Source: an uncultured Nitrososphaerota archaeon (lineage in GTDB: Archaea > Thermoproteota > EX4484-205 > JAAOZP01). Taken from it: a DNA stretch of 64,000 bases. The DNA lies in assembly GCA_964416155.1 (NCBI GenBank), contig CAYQCW010000002.1, forward strand, positions 108,748 through 172,747, given 5' to 3'. Below, in pieces: positions 1-8,406 of the stretch. Under the pieces are notes generated by a model that was not told the DNA's origin, ran no database searches, and worked only from the letters and a program-made list of their open reading frames with translations. The translations under genes and the position numbers were made by a program. Numbering within the stretch: position 1 is the first letter of the stretch; each line of letters opens with the position of its first letter.

Positions 1-561
1 AAGCAGCCTACGCGTCTCTATTGCTCCAGTAGCGTCAAGCCCAACAGTCGGCTCATCCATCAGCAGTATTGGCGCGTTTGAAAGAAGCGTCCTAGCCAGC
101 ATTACCCTCATCTTCATGCCTGTGGAGAAATCCTTCACGAGTCTGTCAGCATCCTTGTCTAACTCAAAGAACTCGAGCAGGGCATCTATTCTTTTTCTAG
201 CTACGTCTGTAGGAATATTCTGAAGATAAGCGTAGAACCTTAGGTTATCTCTTGCTGAAAGCCTCCAGTAGAGAGCTCTCCCACCCGTTTCCCCGTGTAA
301 CCAGCCTATGCGTTCCCTAACCTTCTCAGCATCCTTGACGACGTTGAAACCAGCCACTCTCGCAGTGCCCTCGTCAGGAATCACCAGTGTGCAAAGAATT
401 TTTATCAGAGTCGTTTTACCAGCACCGTTTGGCCCTAAGAGGCCGAAAAACTCACCCTCCCTGATGGAAAGGTTTACATGGTCGACTGCCACAATCCTCT
501 CCTTCCCACCGTCTCCTTTGAAATACTTAGTCAGATTTTCAGTCTCAACCGCTGTATTCAA
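1..561 (-). CDS. ABC transporter ATP-binding protein (multidrug/ABC-2 type), runs off the window edge
   Basis: Manual translation from TTG at 561: MNTAVETENLTKYF...VAVDHVNLSIREGEFFGLLGPNGAGKTTLIKIL (Walker A). Absent from the ORF track because its stop codon lies outside the window. Confidence 0.9.
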   Translation of the reverse strand, partial: MNTAVETENLTKYFKGDGGKERIVAVDHVNLSIREGEFFGLLGPNGAGKTTLIKILCTLVIPDEGTARVAGFNVVKDAEKVRERIGWLHGETGGRALYWRLSARDNLRFYAYLQNIPTDVARKRIDALLEFFELDKDADRLVKDFSTGMKMRVMLARTLLSNAPILLMDEPTVGLDATGAIETRRLL

Positions 562-970
562 GGTGAATAGCCCTTGCCGTTTTTGCTTAAACCCTTTTAT
601 TATGCTCATTAAAAAACTTTTAGAGTATTACCTCAACACTAACATTTTTTATTACTAGAAGCATGGTGATAAGATAGATTGAACATGACCGCGAAACTTA
701 ATAGTCATAAAGGCTATGTGATAAGGGTGTAGGTGAGCTGACGTTACGAATCATTGTTCGATTTAGACATATTTAGTTTTTTTAATTATAAATCTTTTTT
801 TCTCTCATCGACTTACATTCATCCATCATATGTATGTAGCAGTTAAAACAGACAGGAAACGAGAAAGCAGTTGCGAGAAACCGGTTAAATATTATTCTAA
901 ACTGTGCATATTTTTCGAAAAACTTTAACATATAAACCTAGCCTTCGAGTGGAACAAATATACGGGGGCC

Positions 971-1010
971 GATAAACTATAATGAACTATTCTGAATTGT
1001 TCTGAACTAT
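971..1010. repeat. Four phased 10-bp imperfect direct repeats (core AACTAT)
   Basis: gataaactat / aatgaactat / tctgaattgt / tctgaactat at exact 10-bp spacing, upstream of the promoter of the 1089 ORF. Confidence 0.55.
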
Positions 1011-1050
1011 ATAAGAACGTGTATGTAAAAAAGTGAAAGAAAGAATAATT

Positions 1051-1064
1051 GGAAAATTTATAAG
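1051..1064 (+). promoter_or_regulatory. BRE-TATA promoter for the 1089 ORF
   Basis: GGAAAA-TTTATAAG about 25 bp upstream of ATG 1089, consistent with a leaderless archaeal transcript. Confidence 0.55.
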
Positions 1065-1088
1065 AAAGGTCTACCATATCTAACTGCC

Positions 1089-1703
1089 ATGGTGGAAAGA
1101 GAGCGGGAAGCCGAAGACGAGAAAACCGATTTCGATAAAATCATAGCACGCTACAGGATGGCCGTTTCTAAACGGGATGTAAAGGATGTGGAGAAGAAGC
1201 CGTTACCAGCAGTTGATAAAAACACCCCTATAGAAATGCCCGTTAAGAAAGAGGAGCCAGTATTAACTATTTCAAAGCCTACTCAGAAAGACATCACTAT
1301 AAGCGAGGAAACTGAGAAAATACTGGATGAGAAAGTCTTCGAATGGGTTAAAGTTGTGGAAAGCGCCATACAAAACTGCATCTCGCAATCCAAGGGATCG
1401 ATAAGCTCAATAAGCGTCCTGCTGCCTGACGGTGTCACGTGTTTAAGCTTCGGCTCACGCATCGACATGGATGAAGACATTTTAGCTGCTTTCATAGGCG
1501 AGCAGTTCGAACTGTTCGAAAGCTACGGTAGTGTTCTGAAGATAGGGGAAATAGAGGAAATCGAGTATACTGGGAAGAATAGTGTTATCCTGATGAAATC
1601 AAGCGGTGGCTTGAGGCTGATGGCTCTGTTGAACGATAGGCGTTACGTTAGACTGGCAAAGATATATTTGGAGAGAATGCTGAAAAGCATTCCCAGGCTA
1701 TAG
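1089..1703 (+). CDS. Roadblock/LC7 (MglB-like) domain protein with charged N-terminal extension
   Basis: C-terminal ~115 aa follow the roadblock pattern (helix-SISVLLPDG-...-DEDILAA-...LKIGEIEEIEYTG-...LMALL-terminal helix); the N-terminus is low complexity and E/K/P-rich. Confidence 0.6.
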   Translation: MVEREREAEDEKTDFDKIIARYRMAVSKRDVKDVEKKPLPAVDKNTPIEMPVKKEEPVLTISKPTQKDITISEETEKILDEKVFEWVKVVESAIQNCISQSKGSISSISVLLPDGVTCLSFGSRIDMDEDILAAFIGEQFELFESYGSVLKIGEIEEIEYTGKNSVILMKSSGGLRLMALLNDRRYVRLAKIYLERMLKSIPRL

Positions 1704-1713
1704 TAAGAAAGGC

Positions 1714-2913
1714 TCAGAACCCCGCTATCTCGTTAAAAGCTTTGCCCATTATTCTCAACCCGTTCCTTATGTTTTCAACAGAGTTAGCATAGCTTATCCT
1801 AACGTAGCCTTCTCCGAAAGAACCCATGGCTGACCCGTGCAACACTGCAACCCCATATTTTTCAAGCAGAATAGAGGCGAGTTTCAAACTGTTAATCTTA
1901 GCCCTATCGATTATTTCTTTAACGTTGATAAACCCGTAGAAGGCTCCTCTAGGCCTAACCATGTGAACACCCCTAATTTTAGAAACCTCTTCAATAACAA
2001 CCTCCCTCCTAATAGCATACTGTTCAACCATTTCTCGGACAGCATTAGAACCGTTTCTCAAAGCCTCTATGCCCCCTATCTGGATGAAAGAAGGCGGGCA
2101 TGCTGTTACCAAGTTTAAAACAAGCTGAACGGGCCCCGTTAAATGCTCAGGTGTAATCACATAACCCAGCCTCCACCCTGTCATAGCATAGTATTTCGAG
2201 AAGCCGTCTACCACTATAGTGTTCTCCAGATTCTCGTCAAACTGGATTGGCGAATAGTGTTTCAAACCATCGTATATTATGTATCTGTAGACCTCGTCGC
2301 TAATAACGTATGCCCCCCTATCCCTCGCTATTTCAACGATACCTTTAACTTCGTCCCTGCTTAAAACCGCCCCTGTAGGATTCTCGGGGGAATTTATGAT
2401 TATTGCTTTAGTCTTGTCTGAAACCAGCCGGTTAACCTCGTCTGGAGTCATTCTAAACTCGTTCTCCTCCCTGAGCCTGACTGGTACTGGTCTCCCCCCA
2501 AAGAATCTCACCCCATTCTCGTAAGCCGGGTAACCCGGGTTCGGACAGATAACCTTGTCCCCCTCCTCCACTATTGAGGCTAAAGCTGCGAAAATAGCCT
2601 CCTTGGAGCCTAGCGTTACTGAAACGTTTTCGAAACATGTTTCAACGCCAAAATCCTGAGCAGTCTTCTCAGCTATCGCTTTCCTCAGCTCCAGCATGCC
2701 GGGGGTAGGGGTGTAATGGGTTTCTCCGTCTTTCAACGCCTTTATCGCAGCCTCCCTTATATTCGCCGGCGTGATGAAATCAGGCTCACCAATCTCGAGG
2801 TGGATTATCCTTCTTCCCTGTGTTTCAAGCATCTTCGCTTTACCCAGCACTAGGAAGGAGCTCTCGCCCTCAATGTTTAGCGCTCTGCAAGCAGCCTTAA
2901 GCCTAGGGTTCAA
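1714..2913 (-). CDS. PLP-dependent class I/II aminotransferase (aspartate aminotransferase-like)
   Basis: GEPDF, NSPENPTG, SDEVY, and GFSKYYAMTGWRLG with the PLP lysine. Confidence 0.92.
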   Translation of the reverse strand: MNPRLKAACRALNIEGESSFLVLGKAKMLETQGRRIIHLEIGEPDFITPANIREAAIKALKDGETHYTPTPGMLELRKAIAEKTAQDFGVETCFENVSVTLGSKEAIFAALASIVEEGDKVICPNPGYPAYENGVRFFGGRPVPVRLREENEFRMTPDEVNRLVSDKTKAIIINSPENPTGAVLSRDEVKGIVEIARDRGAYVISDEVYRYIIYDGLKHYSPIQFDENLENTIVVDGFSKYYAMTGWRLGYVITPEHLTGPVQLVLNLVTACPPSFIQIGGIEALRNGSNAVREMVEQYAIRREVVIEEVSKIRGVHMVRPRGAFYGFINVKEIIDRAKINSLKLASILLEKYGVAVLHGSAMGSFGEGYVRISYANSVENIRNGLRIMGKAFNEIAGF

Positions 2914-3162
2914 CTTAACGCCCTAATCTCAAGCAAGGACTATTTCAACTTTTTTGGGTTTCAAAGAGGAAGTATACTGTGATTATATAGGGAGGAGCAT
3001 ATTGCAAGCCGGCACCCTTTTGATCAAGCGGAAAAGCGCGATTCTCAGGCTTGGGTAAAGGGATTGTCGTCAGCTGTTGAGGCACCGTGCCTTGGAGCAG
3101 GTTCAGTAAAGGCTTGACACGGCGAAAAACTTATCCGCCTCCAAACTAACCTCTGTTGAAAA

Positions 3163-3471
3163 ATGGTGGTTGTAGTAGAGTTCAGCATAGTCCCGGTTGG
3201 AGAGGGAACAAGCCTTTCAAGAATCCTTGCCCACGCGATAAAGGAGCTTGAAAACACTGGAGTCAAATATGAGCTGACCCCCATGTGCACTGTTTTCGAG
3301 GCCCGGAGCGTCGAGGAGGCTTTGAAAGCAGTCAGGATTGCGCATGAGTCTGTTTTCAAACATGGTGTTAAACGCGCCGTAACAATCGTCAAAATAGACG
3401 ATAGGCGTGACGTGGAGAGGAGTATGAAGGATAAAGTCGAGTCTTTGAAAAGAGCTGTTGGAAGCGTTTAA
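3163..3471 (+). CDS. MTH1187/YkoF-family thiamine-binding protein (UPF0045)
   Basis: EFSIVPVG...YELTPMCT...KIDDRRD...MKDKVES family pattern, 102 aa. Confidence 0.88.
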   Translation: MVVVVEFSIVPVGEGTSLSRILAHAIKELENTGVKYELTPMCTVFEARSVEEALKAVRIAHESVFKHGVKRAVTIVKIDDRRDVERSMKDKVESLKRAVGSV

Positions 3472-3521
3472 CACAGTTTGGTGGGAAAGCTTTTTATTTT
3501 AAACCGGTTAACTGTAGGAGC

Positions 3522-4511
3522 ATGGGCAGCTTGCCCCTAGTACTGGGATCAAAGCCAGCAGGCGAGACATATGATGTTATAATCATAGGCTCAGGACCAG
3601 CCGGTTTAACTGCAGCAATATACACTGGGAGGGCAAGGTTGAAAACACTCGTCATCGCAGGCTCCTCGTGGGGCGGCCAGTTAATGTTGACCTCTCAGGT
3701 GGAAAATTACCCGGGTTTCCCTGAGGGGATACTTGGGCCAGACCTTATGAATAACATGTTGAAGCAGGCTCAGCGATTCGGAGCTGAGATAGTTTTTGAA
3801 GACGCGGAGAGTATAGATTTCTCTGAGAGACCTTTCAAAGTAGTGGCTGGCGGGGTTGCTTACGAGAGTCATGCAGTGATAATCGCTACGGGAGCTTCTC
3901 CCAAGGAGCTTGGCGTAGAGGGTGAAGAAAGATTGAGGGGAAAAGGCGTTTCAAACTGCGCTGTTTGCGACGGGGCTTTCTTCAAAGACAGAACTGTGGT
4001 GGTTGTTGGGGGCGGCGACTCGGCGATGGAGGAAGCGCTCTTCTTAACCAGGTTCGTGAAGAAAGTTAAGGTTATTCATAGGAGGAGTGAGCTTAGGGCA
4101 ACAAAGATACTACAGGAAAGAGCATTCAGTAACCCTAAGGTAGAATTTGTATGGAACAGCGTGGTGGAGGAGATTTTGGGAAGGGAACGTGTGGAAGGAG
4201 TAAGGGTGAAAAGGGTTGACACTGGAGAGAAGTTTGAAATCCCGTGCGACGGGGTTTTCGTGTCGATAGGATATAGGCCTAACACCGAACTTTTTAAGGG
4301 GCGGGTGGAGGTGGATGAGAAGGGCTACATAGTTGCCACAGATTTTACGAAGACTAGTGTTGAAGGAGTTTTCGTAGCCGGCGAGGCTAAGGATCATCGT
4401 TACCGTCAAGCTATTACTGCAGCAGGCGAAGGATGTCAAGCAGCCCTAGATGCGATAAAATACTTGGACGAGGTTAAAAAGAAACCAATGAACACGAGCC
4501 CTCCCGTATAG
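3522..4511 (+). CDS. trxB: Thioredoxin-disulfide reductase
   Basis: GSGPAGLTAAIY FAD motif, CAVCDG redox pair, GGGDSAMEEA NADPH motif, HRRSELRA. Confidence 0.95.
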   Translation: MGSLPLVLGSKPAGETYDVIIIGSGPAGLTAAIYTGRARLKTLVIAGSSWGGQLMLTSQVENYPGFPEGILGPDLMNNMLKQAQRFGAEIVFEDAESIDFSERPFKVVAGGVAYESHAVIIATGASPKELGVEGEERLRGKGVSNCAVCDGAFFKDRTVVVVGGGDSAMEEALFLTRFVKKVKVIHRRSELRATKILQERAFSNPKVEFVWNSVVEEILGRERVEGVRVKRVDTGEKFEIPCDGVFVSIGYRPNTELFKGRVEVDEKGYIVATDFTKTSVEGVFVAGEAKDHRYRQAITAAGEGCQAALDAIKYLDEVKKKPMNTSPPV

Positions 4512-4553
4512 AAAAGGGAAAAGTTTAAGCTCGACGCTTCCCATTCTTTTAAC

Positions 4554-6950
4554 GTGAAGGAGGCTGTTCTCTGGCATAAAGAGGGCGATAAAATCAGATG
4601 TGACCTTTGCGGTAGGCGATGCCTAATCGCGAACAACGCTCTGGGCACATGCTTGGTTAGAAAAAACATCGAAGGCAAGCTCTACAGCCTAAATTACGGC
4701 AAGCTCATAGCTCTACACGTAGACCCTATCGAAAAGAAGCCGCTATTCCATTTCCATCCGGGAAGCTTCACCTTTTCGATTGCAAGCGCAGGATGTAACT
4801 TCGCTTGCAAGTTCTGTTTCGAACCCACTACCAGGGTATTAACGAATAAAGGAATGCTGAGTTTCGAGGAGCTCTTTAACAAAGGAAGGATAGTAAATGA
4901 GGGCGACGGGTTCATCAGCCTCCCCGAAGGCTACTCCGCATTAACCCATGAAGGAAAGTTCTCCCGAATATCAAAGGTTTACAAGCATCCCTACTCGGGC
5001 GAGATGATAGTGATTAAGCCATATTATCTACCAAAATTGAAGGTCACGCCTTCTCATCGGTTTTTTGTGTACGATAAAAATAAGGGGGAAATTAAGAAGA
5101 TCCGTGCAGATGAGATTAGGCGGGAGCATCTTTTAGTCCTACCCAAGCTTAACGAGAATGTTTCAGAAGAAAACAGGATTATCGATGTAAAGGAGATAAT
5201 CTCAAAACACTATGTAGAACATAAGAAGGGGATGAAGATCGATAGAGGAAAGGCCATGGAAATATCGAGGTCACATTCTATGGGCAAGACTTCTAGGGAG
5301 ATTGGAGAAACCTTCGACATGCATCCTTCATACATTAGGAGATTAATGGGAAAACTGAGGAGAGAAGTGATCTCGGATGAGCTCTTCTATATTAAGGACA
5401 TGATTGTAGAAAGGGGGGGATTAGTAAGGCTTAAGGAAGAGAGATCGTTCATAAAGAGGTTTATTTCCTTAGATGAAGACTTCGCACGCCTCCTAGGCTA
5501 TTACTGTGCAAAGGGCTTCGTAACGTGGGCCGCGGGGCAGCCGAACTCGCGGAAGCTCGTCTTTTCCTTCGGCAAACACGAGAGAAAAATGATTAAGGAT
5601 GCTAAGAGACTCATTAAGAAATTGTTCAATAAAAAACCGAAAGTCGTGAAGAGAAGAACGACAACTGCCGTAGAGATATCATCAACGTCTCTCGCCATCC
5701 TTTTTGAAGCATTAGCCGGAAAAGGGTGTCTAAATAAGGTAATCCCGAAGGCGATAATAGAATGCGGTAACGATAAGATTGCACATGCTTTCTTAAAGGC
5801 CTATTTCGAGAGCGATGGCTATAAGCGTCGGGGAGGCGAGTGGGTAACTGTTTCTGCAGATGTTGCCCATTACCTCTTCCTTTTCCTCCTCAAGCTGGGG
5901 ATAATGCCATCTTTCTACGAGTTGACCCACACGGAGAAAGGTATCATTGAAAACAGGATTAATCAACACCCATATTTCAGGATTAAGATTCACGGCCCAT
6001 CGCTGGTGAATTTCCTAAACGGTCGGGACACGAGAACGAATGGACCGGGAAAACTCCGCCTCATTGAGAATGGCAACCATTACTTCGTTCGGATAAGGAG
6101 CATAGAGAAGGAGGCCTATTCCGGCTTCGTTTTCAACTTAGAAGTTGAGGATCAATCCCACTCATACTTGTCCAATTTCGTTAGCGTCGCCAACTGTTGC
6201 AATTATGATATAAGCCAGGTTTATCGCGATAGGCGGCGGGATCATGTTGTCGGTGAAGAGTATTCTCCTGAGGATGTTGTCAACCAAGCTTTGTCAGAGG
6301 GCTGCAACATAATAAGCTACACCTATACTGAACCCACAATATTCTTTGAGTTCGCCTACGATACTGCAAAGCTTGCCCATGAAAAGGGTGTTAAAAATAC
6401 TTTCGTCACAAACGGTTACATGACGCCTGAGGCGGTCAGGATGTTCATGCCTTACTTGGATGCTGTCACCGTGGACTTCAAGTGTTCAGGCGACCCGGGC
6501 TGCTACAGGAAGATAATGAGTGTTCCTGACGTTAAGCCCATATACGACTGCCTTATAGAGATGAGGAGGCAGAGGATATTCGTCGAGATAACTAACCTCG
6601 TGATCCCGGGTTTCGACGATGATATGAGTGGTTTCAGAAACCTCGTCAAGTGGATTAAGGATAATCTGGGCGACGAAACTCCTCTCCACATACTTAGGTT
6701 CTTCCCCACATATGGGTTTTCAGAGATTCCGGATACACCCCTAGAAAGCCTTAGGAAAGCATACGAGATAGCCAAGCAGGAAGGGATTAAGTTCGTCTAC
6801 CTTGGAAACGTGCCTGGACAGGGCGAGAACACTTACTGTCCCAACTGTAAGGAGCTTCTGATTGAAAGGTTTGGGTTGATGATGAGTCGAAGCAGGCTTA
6901 GTGGAGACAAGTGTCCCAAATGCGGAACAAGGATACCGGTTGTCATATAA
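4554..6950 (+). CDS. amrS: AmmeMemoRadiSam-type (PFL-activase-like) radical SAM enzyme containing an intein
   Basis: DPIEKKPLFHFHPG, YTYTEPTIFFE, FVTNGY and C-terminal YCPNC/CPKCG. Removing the intein gives 338 aa and restores CNFACKF-C (CxxxCxxC). Confidence 0.9.
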   Translation: MKEAVLWHKEGDKIRCDLCGRRCLIANNALGTCLVRKNIEGKLYSLNYGKLIALHVDPIEKKPLFHFHPGSFTFSIASAGCNFACKFCFEPTTRVLTNKGMLSFEELFNKGRIVNEGDGFISLPEGYSALTHEGKFSRISKVYKHPYSGEMIVIKPYYLPKLKVTPSHRFFVYDKNKGEIKKIRADEIRREHLLVLPKLNENVSEENRIIDVKEIISKHYVEHKKGMKIDRGKAMEISRSHSMGKTSREIGETFDMHPSYIRRLMGKLRREVISDELFYIKDMIVERGGLVRLKEERSFIKRFISLDEDFARLLGYYCAKGFVTWAAGQPNSRKLVFSFGKHERKMIKDAKRLIKKLFNKKPKVVKRRTTTAVEISSTSLAILFEALAGKGCLNKVIPKAIIECGNDKIAHAFLKAYFESDGYKRRGGEWVTVSADVAHYLFLFLLKLGIMPSFYELTHTEKGIIENRINQHPYFRIKIHGPSLVNFLNGRDTRTNGPGKLRLIENGNHYFVRIRSIEKEAYSGFVFNLEVEDQSHSYLSNFVSVANCCNYDISQVYRDRRRDHVVGEEYSPEDVVNQALSEGCNIISYTYTEPTIFFEFAYDTAKLAHEKGVKNTFVTNGYMTPEAVRMFMPYLDAVTVDFKCSGDPGCYRKIMSVPDVKPIYDCLIEMRRQRIFVEITNLVIPGFDDDMSGFRNLVKWIKDNLGDETPLHILRFFPTYGFSEIPDTPLESLRKAYEIAKQEGIKFVYLGNVPGQGENTYCPNCKELLIERFGLMMSRSRLSGDKCPKCGTRIPVVI
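4815..6194 (+). mobile_element. 460-aa intein with LAGLIDADG homing-endonuclease domain
   Basis: Begins CFEPTTRVLT (block A); VTPSHRF (block B TxxH); LLGYYCAKG and FLKAYFESDG (LAGLIDADG motifs); VFNLEVE (block F); ends VAN followed by Cys+1. Confidence 0.93.
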
Positions 6951-7510
6951 TCCTTACTGCTGGAGGAGAACAATCTTCTAGATTCGAGAAACTTTCCCCC
7001 CATGGGAAACTTTAATACTGTAAGTTTCTCCTACTCGTTAAGCTTTTCCTCAGCATCATTCGAAATCTTTCGAGTATTATTGTAGATTCATTCTCTCTTC
7101 ATCAGAGTTCAGCCTAATCGTTTTTCCAATCAACTAAACCATAATGTCTTCTTTTGGAAATTTGTTCAGTATTGCATCGCATCTCTTGACGAGGTTTCAA
7201 CAAGTTACTCTCTTCACGCTTATATTAACATATGAATTTAACTCTTGAGGCCTCTTCTCAACAGTTTTCACTTATAGTATTCCAAGCCCACTTATTTCTC
7301 TCAGGAACTTGCCCTCCTGCTCTATTGGAAGCAACAGCTTTAATTTTTCTTCATACTGGCTGGCCTAAACATTGACTTCTGAGGACGAAATGAGCATTCA
7401 GGATTTTCAGCAAGCTGAGACCTAGGGAAAGAATCGATAGACCCGTCTGCTCTCAAAGTTTAAACCAAAAATAATTGTTAAATACTTGCAGAGGTATTCT
7501 TACCTGTGTC

Positions 7511-8305
7511 TTGAAGACGGTGTGCGTCATCGGAGTAGGGAAAATGGGCAGCCTAATAGTTAGGCACGTAGTTAAAACAGGGGAATACAGAGTTGTTGCA
7601 ACAGATGTTGATCCTGAGAAACGACTGCTTGCCAAGTCATATGGGGCGGAGGTTTTCGAAAACAACAGGGATGCTGCGAAGAGCTCTGACGTGGTCATTC
7701 TGGCGGTTAAGCCTAAGGAAGTACAAGCTGTGTTAAACGATGTTAAAGACCTTGTTAGCGGAAAACTTGTAATATCGATTGCCGCAGCAGTATCTTTAAA
7801 GCGAATGGAGAAAATTGCTCCAGACACCAAGTTCATCAGAGTAATGCCGAACATCCTCATTGAGGTTGGCGAGGCGTTCATCGCAATAAGCCCAGGCACC
7901 AGGGCAACGGAGGAGGATGTTGAACTCGCTTCAAGAGTCTTCAGCAGGATGGGTGAGGTTGCTAGGGTTGAGGAGAATCTGATGGATGCGATAACAGGGT
8001 TCTCAGGAAGTGGACCGGCTTACGTTTTCACCATTATGGATGCTTTTGCTGACGCTGGCGTGAAAATAGGCCTGTCAAAAGAGCTCGCGCTCAGGATTGC
8101 TGCTAGGATGATGCTCGGCTCCGCTAAAATAATGTTGGAGGGAAAGAGGAAGCCGATGGAGCTTAGAGACATGGTTGCCACCCCCGGAGGCACAACCATA
8201 ATGGGCATTTACGAGCTTGAAAAAGGGGGAGTCAGGACGGCGATAATGAACGCTGTGGAAGCCGCTGTTAAGAGAGCAACGGAGTTAGCAGAGTCATCCT
8301 GCTGA
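7511..8305 (+). CDS. proC: Pyrroline-5-carboxylate reductase
   Basis: IGVGKMG, LAVKP, RVMPN, SGSGPAY, TPGGTT. Start set at TTG 7511; the ORF track starts at 7475. Confidence 0.95.
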   Translation: MKTVCVIGVGKMGSLIVRHVVKTGEYRVVATDVDPEKRLLAKSYGAEVFENNRDAAKSSDVVILAVKPKEVQAVLNDVKDLVSGKLVISIAAAVSLKRMEKIAPDTKFIRVMPNILIEVGEAFIAISPGTRATEEDVELASRVFSRMGEVARVEENLMDAITGFSGSGPAYVFTIMDAFADAGVKIGLSKELALRIAARMMLGSAKIMLEGKRKPMELRDMVATPGGTTIMGIYELEKGGVRTAIMNAVEAAVKRATELAESSC

Positions 8306-8406
8306 ATAGTTAAACCATTGGATGTGCGTTAAAGGATTAGGCGAAATGTTTCAAGAAAAACCCTTATATAAACCCTTTTCACCCGCAGGGTTTCAACTAT
8401 TAAAAC

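Noticed and set aside
308-658. 116-aa plus-strand ORF
   Set aside because: Antisense shadow of the minus-strand ABC ATPase gene (1-561).
971-1020. Short tandem repeats considered as a CRISPR array
   Set aside because: The period is 10 bp with no spacers, and there are no cas genes in the window.
2914-3162. Intergenic stretch upstream of the thiamine-binding protein gene as a possible TPP riboswitch
   Set aside because: The conserved TPP aptamer core (CUGAGA ... ACCUG) is not recognisable on the sense strand; an Infernal search with the TPP covariance model would settle it.
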